Shown piece by piece: positions 53,658-61,459 of a stretch of DNA of 64,000 nucleotides. This DNA comes from Candidatus Eiseniibacteriota bacterium (lineage in GTDB: Bacteria > Eisenbacteria > RBG-16-71-46 > CAZAMP01). The stretch covers positions 2,080,001 through 2,144,000 of the forward strand of contig OZ245046.1 in NCBI GenBank assembly GCA_965224245.1. The letters run 5' to 3'. The notes beneath the pieces were generated by a model. That model saw only the letters and a list, made by a program, of their open reading frames with translations. It did not search any database and was not told where the DNA came from. The stretch's first letter is position 1; every line of letters starts with the position of its first letter. The position numbers and the translations under genes were made by a program.

Positions 53658-55436
53658 CTAGCGATACTGGCTCTTGATCTGGCCCCAGCTCTTGCGGTGG
53701 ATCGGGGTCGGGCAGCTGACGCCGTCCTCGATGTCCGTCCGCCGCCGCGGCAGGACCTGGTAGCCCTCGTCGTACGGCGAGGAGCTGTCGAACTGGCCCG
53801 CGATCCCGGTGATCGTGAACGGCATGACCGGAATGGCCGAGCCGTCGATGTCGGTGTCGCTGTCCACGCGCATCTCCGAGGGACCGGTACCGTCGTCGAT
53901 CACGAGGTTGACGCTCACGCCGTCGGCCGGCCACTCGCCCGAGATGATCTCGACGCCGCAGATCTTGATCAGGCAGTCGTCGTAGGCCTCGCCGTTGGAG
54001 GCGTACTCGCCGGTCGTGATCTCGATGGGCTCCGGCAGCGGCGCGGTGCCGGAGATCACGAGGCTCGTGATGCTGGTGATCTCGGTCTTGCCGTTGAAGA
54101 AGTCCAGCGTCCCGACGACCTCGGTGATGAAGTCACCCTCGGCGATCGGGTTGGCGAAGGTGTCGTAGCTGAAGTCGAAGAGCGTGATGCAGCAGCCGGT
54201 CGACGGCTGGTAGACCTGGATCTCCAGGCCGCCCACCCGGAACACGTCGGTGGCCACGGTGGCCACGACGTCCGTGATGCGCACGAGCTCGCCGAAGTGA
54301 ACCGGGAAGCCGTTCGCGTCGTTCTCGTCCAGCTGACAGACGGTGTAGTCGGTCGGATCGGTGACCGGATCGCAGTCCGGATCGTTGAACGCGCCCGGCG
54401 TGGGCGTGATGTCGGCCACGAAGTCCTCGGCGTTGTCGTCGGTGTCCACGCCGTCGGGGCAACGCGCGATCGACGTGCCACCCGGGACGTCCGGCGCCGC
54501 GGTCCCGCCCTCGCAGACCAGGTCCGGATCCTCGCCGTAGCACACGCTGTCGATGTTCTCGGCGGGGTCGGTGATGTCGTATGTGCCGTCGCCGTTGGCG
54601 TCGAAGGCCAGGACGACCTGGTCCGGTCCGTTCTGCCAGTCGGCGGTCGCGTCGATGAAGTCGGCCTCGGCCACCGTCGCGTCCTGGGCCACCACGAAGT
54701 AGCCGTCGCCCGGGATCGCGTTGCCGTCGAGCACGAGCGTCGCGTACACGACGCCGCCGTTGCCGTTCACGCCGATGAGCGCGTGACCGTCGAGGCTCTG
54801 GCCCGCGTTGCCGTAGAGCTCGGTGAACATACCCACGTCGGTGCCCGAGCCGTCGTAGAGCACCTCGTTGATCACGAGCGCGACGCCCGTGCCGCAGACG
54901 AGATCGTTCTCGGCGCCCGGCGTCGGCGTGTCGTCGGCCAGGAAGTCGACCTCGTTGTCGTCGGTGTCGGAGCCGTCCGGACAGCGGGCGAGCGAGACGC
55001 CGCCGAAGACGTCCTCGGCGAAGGTGCCGCCCTCGCAGACGAGGTCGGGATCGGAGCCGTAGCACACGCTGTCGATGATGTTCACTCCCTGCACCAGGCG
55101 GACCTGATCGGGGCCGTTCTGCCAGTCCGCGGTGCCGTCGACGAGGTCGGCCTCGGTCACGGTCGCGTCCTGACCGACGACGAAGTAGCCGTCGGCGGGA
55201 ATCACGGATCCGGTCAGATCGATCGTCGCGTACACGACGCCGCCGTTGCCGTTGACGCCCTCGAGCGCGTACCCGTCGAGGCTCGTGCCGGGCTCGCCCT
55301 TGAGCTCGGTGAACATGCCCGCATCGGTGCCCGGGCCGTCGTACAGCAGCTCGTTGATGACGATCTGCGCTCCTGCCGTCCCGGCGAACCCGGTCAGCGC
55401 GAGAACGGACGCGATCGTCACTTGCAACCGCTTCAT
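53658..55436 (-). CDS. Secreted protein: two lamin-tail-like domains + OB-fold-like domains + C-terminal SWGQIK motif
   Basis: Signal peptide; two INE..YD..GTD..FTEL..SLARCPDG.DTDDN..DF..TPTPG repeats; GDFITEVVGTLDFFNGKTEI and ITGIAGQF..YQVLPR OB-like segments. Confidence 0.8.
   Translation of the reverse strand: MKRLQVTIASVLALTGFAGTAGAQIVINELLYDGPGTDAGMFTELKGEPGTSLDGYALEGVNGNGGVVYATIDLTGSVIPADGYFVVGQDATVTEADLVDGTADWQNGPDQVRLVQGVNIIDSVCYGSDPDLVCEGGTFAEDVFGGVSLARCPDGSDTDDNEVDFLADDTPTPGAENDLVCGTGVALVINEVLYDGSGTDVGMFTELYGNAGQSLDGHALIGVNGNGGVVYATLVLDGNAIPGDGYFVVAQDATVAEADFIDATADWQNGPDQVVLAFDANGDGTYDITDPAENIDSVCYGEDPDLVCEGGTAAPDVPGGTSIARCPDGVDTDDNAEDFVADITPTPGAFNDPDCDPVTDPTDYTVCQLDENDANGFPVHFGELVRITDVVATVATDVFRVGGLEIQVYQPSTGCCITLFDFSYDTFANPIAEGDFITEVVGTLDFFNGKTEITSITSLVISGTAPLPEPIEITTGEYASNGEAYDDCLIKICGVEIISGEWPADGVSVNLVIDDGTGPSEMRVDSDTDIDGSAIPVMPFTITGIAGQFDSSSPYDEGYQVLPRRRTDIEDGVSCPTPIHRKSWGQIKSQYR
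54381..55364 (-). repeat. Intragenic tandem duplication of a lamin-tail-like domain
   Basis: Copies at about 54903-55364 and 54381-54878 share long identical DNA runs (e.g. GTCGCGTACACGACGCCGCCGTTGCCGTT). Confidence 0.85.
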
Positions 55437-55641
55437 GCGATGCACTCCTTTTGCGTTGCTGGCACTGGACCGCCGGAGCCTCACCCGGCCGGGTCCCGCG
55501 CGCAGGCGGGCACCCTCCCGGCCGGCCGACACCCGAACGGTCGGTCGCTGGATCTCCCATGGTCGCGTCATTTGCGTCAAGTCTATCACCGGCCTCGGTT
55601 TGGTACCACATGCGCGGCCCCCATCGGGCCCCATCACGAAG

Positions 55642-55670
55642 TTCTCATCCACCGGCGCGCTTGCTAGACT
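55642..55670 (+). promoter_or_regulatory. Putative extended -10 promoter, leaderless start for the cdd-like gene
   Basis: TTCTCA-17 nt-TAGACT with TG; ATG lies 7 nt downstream of the -10; no SD. Confidence 0.45.
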
Positions 55671-55677
55671 GCCGCGC

Positions 55678-56121
55678 ATGAGCGCTCACCCCAAGCGACC
55701 GGACGGCCCTGCGCGCCCCGATCCGGGCACACGGGCCGCCCTCGAGGGCCTCGTCTCCCGGTGCGGGCCGTCGCCCGGTGACCAGTGCCCCGCTCTCGCG
55801 GCCTGCGGCGACACCGCGGGCCCGATCGGGGTCGCGGTCACGGTCCGGAGCCAGACGCCCGGCCTCGGCGCCTGCGCGACCCGGCTCGTCCTGGCCCGCG
55901 CCGTGGCCGAGGGACGGGCCGCCACACACCTGGTCGTGGACGGCGACTGGCAACGGCTGTGCGGGCTCTGCCTGCAGACCCTGCTCGAGCTGGCGCCCGA
56001 AGCCCCGGTCTTTCCGCTCGGCCCCAACCCCTCGGCCCCGGTGCCCTGGCGATCGTTGATCCCGGATCCGTTCGTCTCGTTCATCCCCGAGCCGGCCCCC
56101 GGAGGCCCCCGTGTCGACTGA
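55678..56121 (+). CDS. Cytidine deaminase-like protein, probably catalytically degenerate
   Basis: GLGACATRLVLARAVAEG..LCGLCLQTLLELAP..WRSLIPDPF mirrors Cdd (GLT.CAER.A..AV.EG..PCG.CRQ.L.E..LLP.F). Confidence 0.65.
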   Translation: MSAHPKRPDGPARPDPGTRAALEGLVSRCGPSPGDQCPALAACGDTAGPIGVAVTVRSQTPGLGACATRLVLARAVAEGRAATHLVVDGDWQRLCGLCLQTLLELAPEAPVFPLGPNPSAPVPWRSLIPDPFVSFIPEPAPGGPRVD

Positions 56122-56578
56122 CCGGCCGAGGCGGGTCGCCATCGGAGCCGACCATGCCGCCTATCGTTACAAGGTCTCGCTCATGGAGTGGATGAGAGAG
56201 GAGCTGGCGGGCGTGTCGGTCCTGGACTGCGGCACCCACTCCGAGGCCCCGGTCGACTACCCCGACATCGCGGCCGCGGTCGCGAACGCGGTCCGGACCG
56301 GCGAGGTGGACCGCGGCATCGTCATCGATCACGCCGGGATCGGATCCACGATGGCCGCGAACAAGATCCGCGGGGTCCGGTGCGCGCTGTGCCACGACGA
56401 GGCGACCGTCCTCAACAGCCGCCGCCACAACGACGCGAACGTCCTGGCGCTGGGAAGCGCGGTCGTGAACGTCGGCTACGCGCGCACGCTCGTCCGCGTG
56501 TGGCTCGCCGCGCCGTTCGAGGGCGGACGGCACGCGCGGCGCGTGGACAAGATCATGGCGCTCGAGGGCTCGTCGTGA
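56111..56578 (+). CDS. rpiB: RpiB/LacA/LacB family sugar-phosphate isomerase
   Basis: IGADHA, VDYPD, GIGSTMAANKIRGVRCALC, RRHNDANVLALG, FEGGRHARRVDKI. Confidence 0.9.
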   Translation: MSTDRPRRVAIGADHAAYRYKVSLMEWMREELAGVSVLDCGTHSEAPVDYPDIAAAVANAVRTGEVDRGIVIDHAGIGSTMAANKIRGVRCALCHDEATVLNSRRHNDANVLALGSAVVNVGYARTLVRVWLAAPFEGGRHARRVDKIMALEGSS

Positions 56579-57381
56579 TCGTCCCCGGCGGCAACGCCGT
56601 CCCGCCCGCGCTCCGCCGGGCCATCGAGGAGCGCGGCCCGAGCGCGAGTCCGGCGGCCGGGGGCCGTGCCCCGATCGCCTCGATCGCGTCGGTCGTCGAC
56701 CACACGCTGCTCCGGGCCGACGCCTCGCAGACCCAGATCGAGACGCTCTGTGCCGAGGCGATCGAGTACGGCTTCGCGTCGGTGTGCGTGAATGCGATCT
56801 GGGTGCCGGTGGCCGCGCGCGCGCTCACCGGGTCGGACGTGAGCGTGTGCACGGTGGTCGGCTTTCCGCTGGGTGCCATGCGCTCGCCGATCAAGGCGCT
56901 CGAGGCCGAGACCGCCCGGGCACGCGGCGCGCGGGAGATCGACATGGTGGTGAACGTGGGCGAGCTGATCGGCGGCGGCGCCGACCGGGTCCGCGAGGAC
57001 ATCGCAACCGTCCGCCGCGTGCTGTCACCCGACGCCACGCTGAAAGTGATCCTGGAGACGGCGTTCCTCTCCGACGACCAGAAGCGACTGGGCGCCCGCG
57101 TGGCCGTCGAGGCCGGCGCGGACTTCGTGAAGACGTCCACCGGCTTCGGCCCCGGCGGAGCGACGGTGCCCGACGTGCGGCTGCTCGCCGAGACCGTGGG
57201 CGAGCGGTGCCGGGTCAAGGCCTCGGGCGGCATCCGGACGCTCGCCGCGGCGCGGGCCCTCGTCGAGGCGGGCGCGGCGCGCATCGGGGCCAGCGCCGGC
57301 GTGGCGATGGCGCGTGAGGAGCGCGGGCTCTCGACGACGACGACGATCCCATCGGCCCCACCGCCTCACGGCGGCTACTGA
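56575..57381 (+). CDS. deoC: Deoxyribose-phosphate aldolase
   Basis: DHTLL, SVCVN, VVGFPLG, EIDMV, LKVILET, DFVKTSTGF, KASGGIR, RIGAS. Confidence 0.96.
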   Translation: MIVPGGNAVPPALRRAIEERGPSASPAAGGRAPIASIASVVDHTLLRADASQTQIETLCAEAIEYGFASVCVNAIWVPVAARALTGSDVSVCTVVGFPLGAMRSPIKALEAETARARGAREIDMVVNVGELIGGGADRVREDIATVRRVLSPDATLKVILETAFLSDDQKRLGARVAVEAGADFVKTSTGFGPGGATVPDVRLLAETVGERCRVKASGGIRTLAAARALVEAGAARIGASAGVAMAREERGLSTTTTIPSAPPPHGGY

Positions 57382-57476
57382 GCCGGATCCGGCCTCGCTC
57401 CCGGCGGTCGCCGCGCCCGGGCCCACCCGGAAAAGGGTGGCGAACGCCCGAAGCGGAACACTAGACTCGCCCGCAC

Positions 57477-60416
57477 GTGAACACCCGTCGACGACCCCAA
57501 CGCTCCCGTGGGATGCGCATGACGTTGCCGCTTCATCAGCGCCGCCGAGCCCTCCCGGGCCTCGTCGCGATCGTCCTGGTCACGCTGGCGACGCTCGTCG
57601 CGTCGACGACGACCGCCGGCCTCGCGCGCGCGGCGGACGCCCCCGCCGGTCAGACCGGCATCGTCCGGGGCACGGTCGTGGACGGCGACTCCCAGGAGCC
57701 CCTCCCCTTCGCCAGCATCATCGTCAAGGGGACCACGCGCGGCGCTCCGTCGCGCGACGACGGCTCGTTCGGCATTCGCGGCGTCGCCACCGGCAGCCAG
57801 GCGCTGCTGGTGACCTACGTCGGCTACTCGCCGATGGAGTTCCCCGTCCTCATCCATGCCGGCGAGGTGACCACGGTGCGCATCGAGCTGTCGCGGTCGG
57901 TCGGCTCGGTCGAGGAGGTCAAGGTCTTCGGAGACCGTCCCCTCGTGGACGTGCGCGAGACGTCCTCGTTGAAGACGCTCTCCACGCAGGACATCGACGA
58001 CCTGACGATCGAGCCCACGCTGGAGTCGCTGCTGGGTCAGCAGGCCGGCGTGTCGGTCCAGGACGGTGAGATCCACATCCGGGGCGGACGATCCGACGAG
58101 ACCGCGCTGATCGTGGACGGCGTGTCGCTGAAGGACGCCGTCTCGGGCGCGGCGGTGGCGGGCGCGCTCAGCGCCGGATCGGCGGCCGAGGTGTCGGTGG
58201 CCAAGGGCGGCTGGAGCTCCAAGCACGGTGACGCGATCAGCGGCGTCGTCGACGTGCGGGTGCGCGAGGGCACCGAGCAGTGGAAGGGCTCGGTCAGCTA
58301 CACCACCGATGCGATGGTGGGCACGCAGTCGCTGCACTACGCCAATCTCCAGCTGAGCGGACCCAACGTGCTGTTGAAGCCGTTCTCGGCGCTGTTCGGC
58401 ATCGACCGCTCGCAGCCGGCCACGTTCCACCTCGACCTGTCGACCGAGCTGTCGGACACGTACCTGCCCTCGGTCCGGGATCTCGGCCCGGGACGCCGGC
58501 GACTGAAGTCGTCGTACGTCAACACGCTCCTCGGGAAAGACCTCGACTTCGGAGACTTCTTCACCCCGCGCGGCAGCAACGACTGGCGCTTGACCGCGAA
58601 GACGGGCTGGACGGTTCATCCCGCGCACAAGCTCACCGCCACGTACATCAAGTCGCTCGGCTTCTCGAGCCAGTTCCAGGCGGTGGACATCGGGGAGGTG
58701 AACCAGAACATCACGCAGTACCCGTGGGCCTGGAGCCACCGCCTCGACGACCACTACACGATCTCGACCGACTTCTACGCGCTGTCGCTGCAGTGGAAGC
58801 ACTCGCTGGGCGACACGAAGTACCATCAGCTGCGCACCAAGTATCGCTTCTCGGCCACGCACCAGGACGTCCGCGGCCTGAACTGGGCCGACTACGAGGA
58901 GCCGTCGGACGAGATTCTCGACGACGATCACCCGTACTTCGTCGACTCCGGCACCGCGCCCCAGTACCACGACCGCTACTCCGAGCTGGCCGGCATCGAC
59001 TGGGACTTCGTGTCCAACGGCGAGCACCACGACGTCGAGTTCGGGGTCAGTGCCGGCTACGAGGACGTGCAGTACTTCAGCCTCGACGCCTACAGCGTGA
59101 CCCAGGACGCGCCCCTCGGTGACGAGTACGACCTCTTCCGCGTCTTCCCGGCCAAGGGCAGCTTCTACGTCGACGACAAGATCGAGTATCCCGGCATCGT
59201 CATGCGCGTGGGTGTGCGCGGCGACGTCTTCTTCCCGGGCGAACGCGTGGAGCGCCTGTTCGACGCGGCCGATCGACCGGGCTTCAACGAGGCCACGCGG
59301 GCGGAGTGGTACGACGCCACGAACGAGATCTTCGGGCGGCGCTACAAGATCCGCTTCAGTCCGAGCCTGGGGATCAGCCATCCGATCACCGATCGCAGCA
59401 ACTTCTTCTTCAACTACGGTCGGTTCACGAAGTGGCCCACGTACTTCTACATGTACGCGGCCACGGGCGGCATCTCGTCGCCGGAGTTCGCCAACATCGG
59501 CAACCCCAACCTCGACCCACAGATCTCCGCGCAGTACGAGTTCGGTGTGGGGCACCGGCTCTCGGATCGGCTCTCGCTTCGCGCACAGGTCTTCTTCAAG
59601 GACATCTACGACTACCCGACGTCGGTGCCCGTGGAGCTCGGCACCCGCGAGACCCGGCGCCAGACGTTCTTCGTCTACCGCAACGCCGACTACGGGCGAT
59701 CGCGTGGAATCGAGATCGAGGTGCAGCGCCGGCGCGAGCGCTACGCCTGGTACTCGGCCAGCTACTCGTTCTCGGTGGCCTCCGGCAAGTCGTCCGATCC
59801 TAATGCGCTCAACGTCGTGCAGTCGCTCGGTGGCGACGCGCGAGAGACCGATCTCGAGGAGCAGTTCCTGTGGTGGCATCGCCCACACAAGCTGACGCTG
59901 TCGGGCGGCTATCAGGTCGACGCCGATCAGCGCGCCCCGAAGCTCTTCGGGTGGAGGCTTCCCAGGGAGTGGAAGCTGAGCTTCTTCTGGCTTCTCCAGT
60001 CCGGCGAGGCCTACACGCCGACCACCCCGCTGGGTACGCGCATCGACAAGAGCTACTCGCGCAACGGCCCCATCGACAGCGTGTTCGATCTGAACGTGGT
60101 CAAGACGTTCCGGGTGGGCGATCGGCCCTTCCAGCTCACGTTCTCGGCCCGCAACCTTTTCAACCACCGGACGGTGCTCGAGATCGACTCGGCCACCGGA
60201 GACTCGCCGCGATCGGGGCTGGGCTCGAACTGGCGACCCGCCGAGAGCCCGCAGGAGCTCGTCGCCGTGGGCTACACGGTGCGTGAGACCGACACGCTGT
60301 ACGAGGAGCTGGCCGGCTTGAACGACGCCATCGTGCGTTCGATGACCGGGCTGTTGAACCCCGCGTACATCGCCGCGCCGCGCAGCCTCCGGGTGGGCAT
60401 CGGCTATGAGTGGTAG
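57477..60416 (+). CDS. TonB-dependent outer membrane receptor with N-terminal carboxypeptidase-regulatory-like domain
   Basis: GIVRGTVVD..EPLPFA, plug IHIRGGRSDE..VDG, GGWSSKHG..SGVV, GNPNLDPQ, C-terminal PRSLRVGIGYEW. Start may be the ATG at 57513 or 57519. Confidence 0.9.
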   Translation: MNTRRRPQRSRGMRMTLPLHQRRRALPGLVAIVLVTLATLVASTTTAGLARAADAPAGQTGIVRGTVVDGDSQEPLPFASIIVKGTTRGAPSRDDGSFGIRGVATGSQALLVTYVGYSPMEFPVLIHAGEVTTVRIELSRSVGSVEEVKVFGDRPLVDVRETSSLKTLSTQDIDDLTIEPTLESLLGQQAGVSVQDGEIHIRGGRSDETALIVDGVSLKDAVSGAAVAGALSAGSAAEVSVAKGGWSSKHGDAISGVVDVRVREGTEQWKGSVSYTTDAMVGTQSLHYANLQLSGPNVLLKPFSALFGIDRSQPATFHLDLSTELSDTYLPSVRDLGPGRRRLKSSYVNTLLGKDLDFGDFFTPRGSNDWRLTAKTGWTVHPAHKLTATYIKSLGFSSQFQAVDIGEVNQNITQYPWAWSHRLDDHYTISTDFYALSLQWKHSLGDTKYHQLRTKYRFSATHQDVRGLNWADYEEPSDEILDDDHPYFVDSGTAPQYHDRYSELAGIDWDFVSNGEHHDVEFGVSAGYEDVQYFSLDAYSVTQDAPLGDEYDLFRVFPAKGSFYVDDKIEYPGIVMRVGVRGDVFFPGERVERLFDAADRPGFNEATRAEWYDATNEIFGRRYKIRFSPSLGISHPITDRSNFFFNYGRFTKWPTYFYMYAATGGISSPEFANIGNPNLDPQISAQYEFGVGHRLSDRLSLRAQVFFKDIYDYPTSVPVELGTRETRRQTFFVYRNADYGRSRGIEIEVQRRRERYAWYSASYSFSVASGKSSDPNALNVVQSLGGDARETDLEEQFLWWHRPHKLTLSGGYQVDADQRAPKLFGWRLPREWKLSFFWLLQSGEAYTPTTPLGTRIDKSYSRNGPIDSVFDLNVVKTFRVGDRPFQLTFSARNLFNHRTVLEIDSATGDSPRSGLGSNWRPAESPQELVAVGYTVRETDTLYEELAGLNDAIVRSMTGLLNPAYIAAPRSLRVGIGYEW

Positions 60417-61431
60417 CGCGCACGCAGCCGCGGCGATCGGCGCTGCCCGCGCGGCCGCCGCCGCTCTCGCGGCGATGGCGGTCCTCTCGTGCCTGGCGGG
60501 CCCCGTCTCGGCCATCGGCGACCAGCGCTCGGGCACCAGCTCGGGCACGTTCCTCAAGATCGCCGCCGATCCCCGGGGCGCCGCGATGGGCAACGCCGTG
60601 GTGGCCGACGCGCCCGGGATCACCGCGCTCGTCTGGAACCCGGCATCGCTGACCACGCTGGGCACGATGCAGCTCATGGCGTCGTACACGCGCTGGCCGG
60701 GCGAGATCGACTACTCGTACGCGGCGCTGGCCAGCTACGTCGGGCGCTTCTCCGGCACCGTGGGGCTCCAGATCGGCCACCTCGGCGTCGTCATGGAGGA
60801 GACGACCGAGGCCAATCCGACCGGGACCGGCGAGAACTTCGGCGTCCGGGACTGGTTTCTGGCGGGAACCTACGCGCGCCGGTTCACCGACCGGCTCTCG
60901 TTCGGCCTCACCGCCCGGTTGGTGCGCGAGGAGCTCGGCACCGAGATCGGCGGTCCGTCCTCCACGAACGTGCTGTTCGACTTCGGGACGCTCTACTACA
61001 TGGACTTCCTCGATCTGAAGCTGGCGTTCGCGCTCCAGCACTTCGGTCCCGAGTTTCAGCCCAGCGGTGAGTACGTCTCGGCCGCGACCGGCGCGGAGAC
61101 GAGCTACGAGCCCTTCGCCCCTCCCACGACGTTCCGCCTCGGCGTTTCGGGTCCCATCCATCGCACCGAGCACACGCTGATCCGGGGCAACGTCGAGATG
61201 AACCACTTCTCGGACGCCGACGAGACGCTCCGCGTGGGCACCGAGTTCGGCTTCGACGACATGTTCTTCGTGCGCGCCGGATACGACATCGCCGCGGACG
61301 CGATGAAGTTCTCGGCTGGAGCGGGCTTCCACACGCGTTTCGGATTCAGCACCGGAGACGCGGACTACGCGTTCACCGATGCCGGCCCACTGGGAGTGGT
61401 ACACCGCGTTGCGATTCGCATCGATCTGTAG
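60406..61431 (+). CDS. PorV/PorQ-like (UPF0164) outer membrane beta-barrel
   Basis: GTSSGTFLKI..DPRGAAMG.A, WNPASL, FTDRLSFG, FDFGTLY, C-terminal LGVVHRVAI. Confidence 0.82.
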   Translation: MSGSAHAAAAIGAARAAAAALAAMAVLSCLAGPVSAIGDQRSGTSSGTFLKIAADPRGAAMGNAVVADAPGITALVWNPASLTTLGTMQLMASYTRWPGEIDYSYAALASYVGRFSGTVGLQIGHLGVVMEETTEANPTGTGENFGVRDWFLAGTYARRFTDRLSFGLTARLVREELGTEIGGPSSTNVLFDFGTLYYMDFLDLKLAFALQHFGPEFQPSGEYVSAATGAETSYEPFAPPTTFRLGVSGPIHRTEHTLIRGNVEMNHFSDADETLRVGTEFGFDDMFFVRAGYDIAADAMKFSAGAGFHTRFGFSTGDADYAFTDAGPLGVVHRVAIRIDL

Positions 61432-61459
61432 ACCGGCGCACCCCGGCGCCCCTGGGCGC

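Noticed and set aside
54381-55364. Repeated DNA as a possible CRISPR array or mobile-element repeat
   Set aside because: It is an in-frame protein domain duplication; there are no short regularly spaced repeats and no cas or transposase genes.
55600-55616. TGGTACCACATGCGC as a sigma54 -24/-12 promoter
   Set aside because: GG-N10-GC spacing is present but the TTGC element is missing; too weak to call.
42681-57381. Complete bacterial microcompartment locus
   Set aside because: Only a vertex protein is present; no hexamer/trimer shell, aldehyde dehydrogenase or phosphotransacylase gene is seen in the window.
57375-60689. 1104-aa minus-strand ORF
   Set aside because: Antisense shadow of the TonB-dependent receptor.
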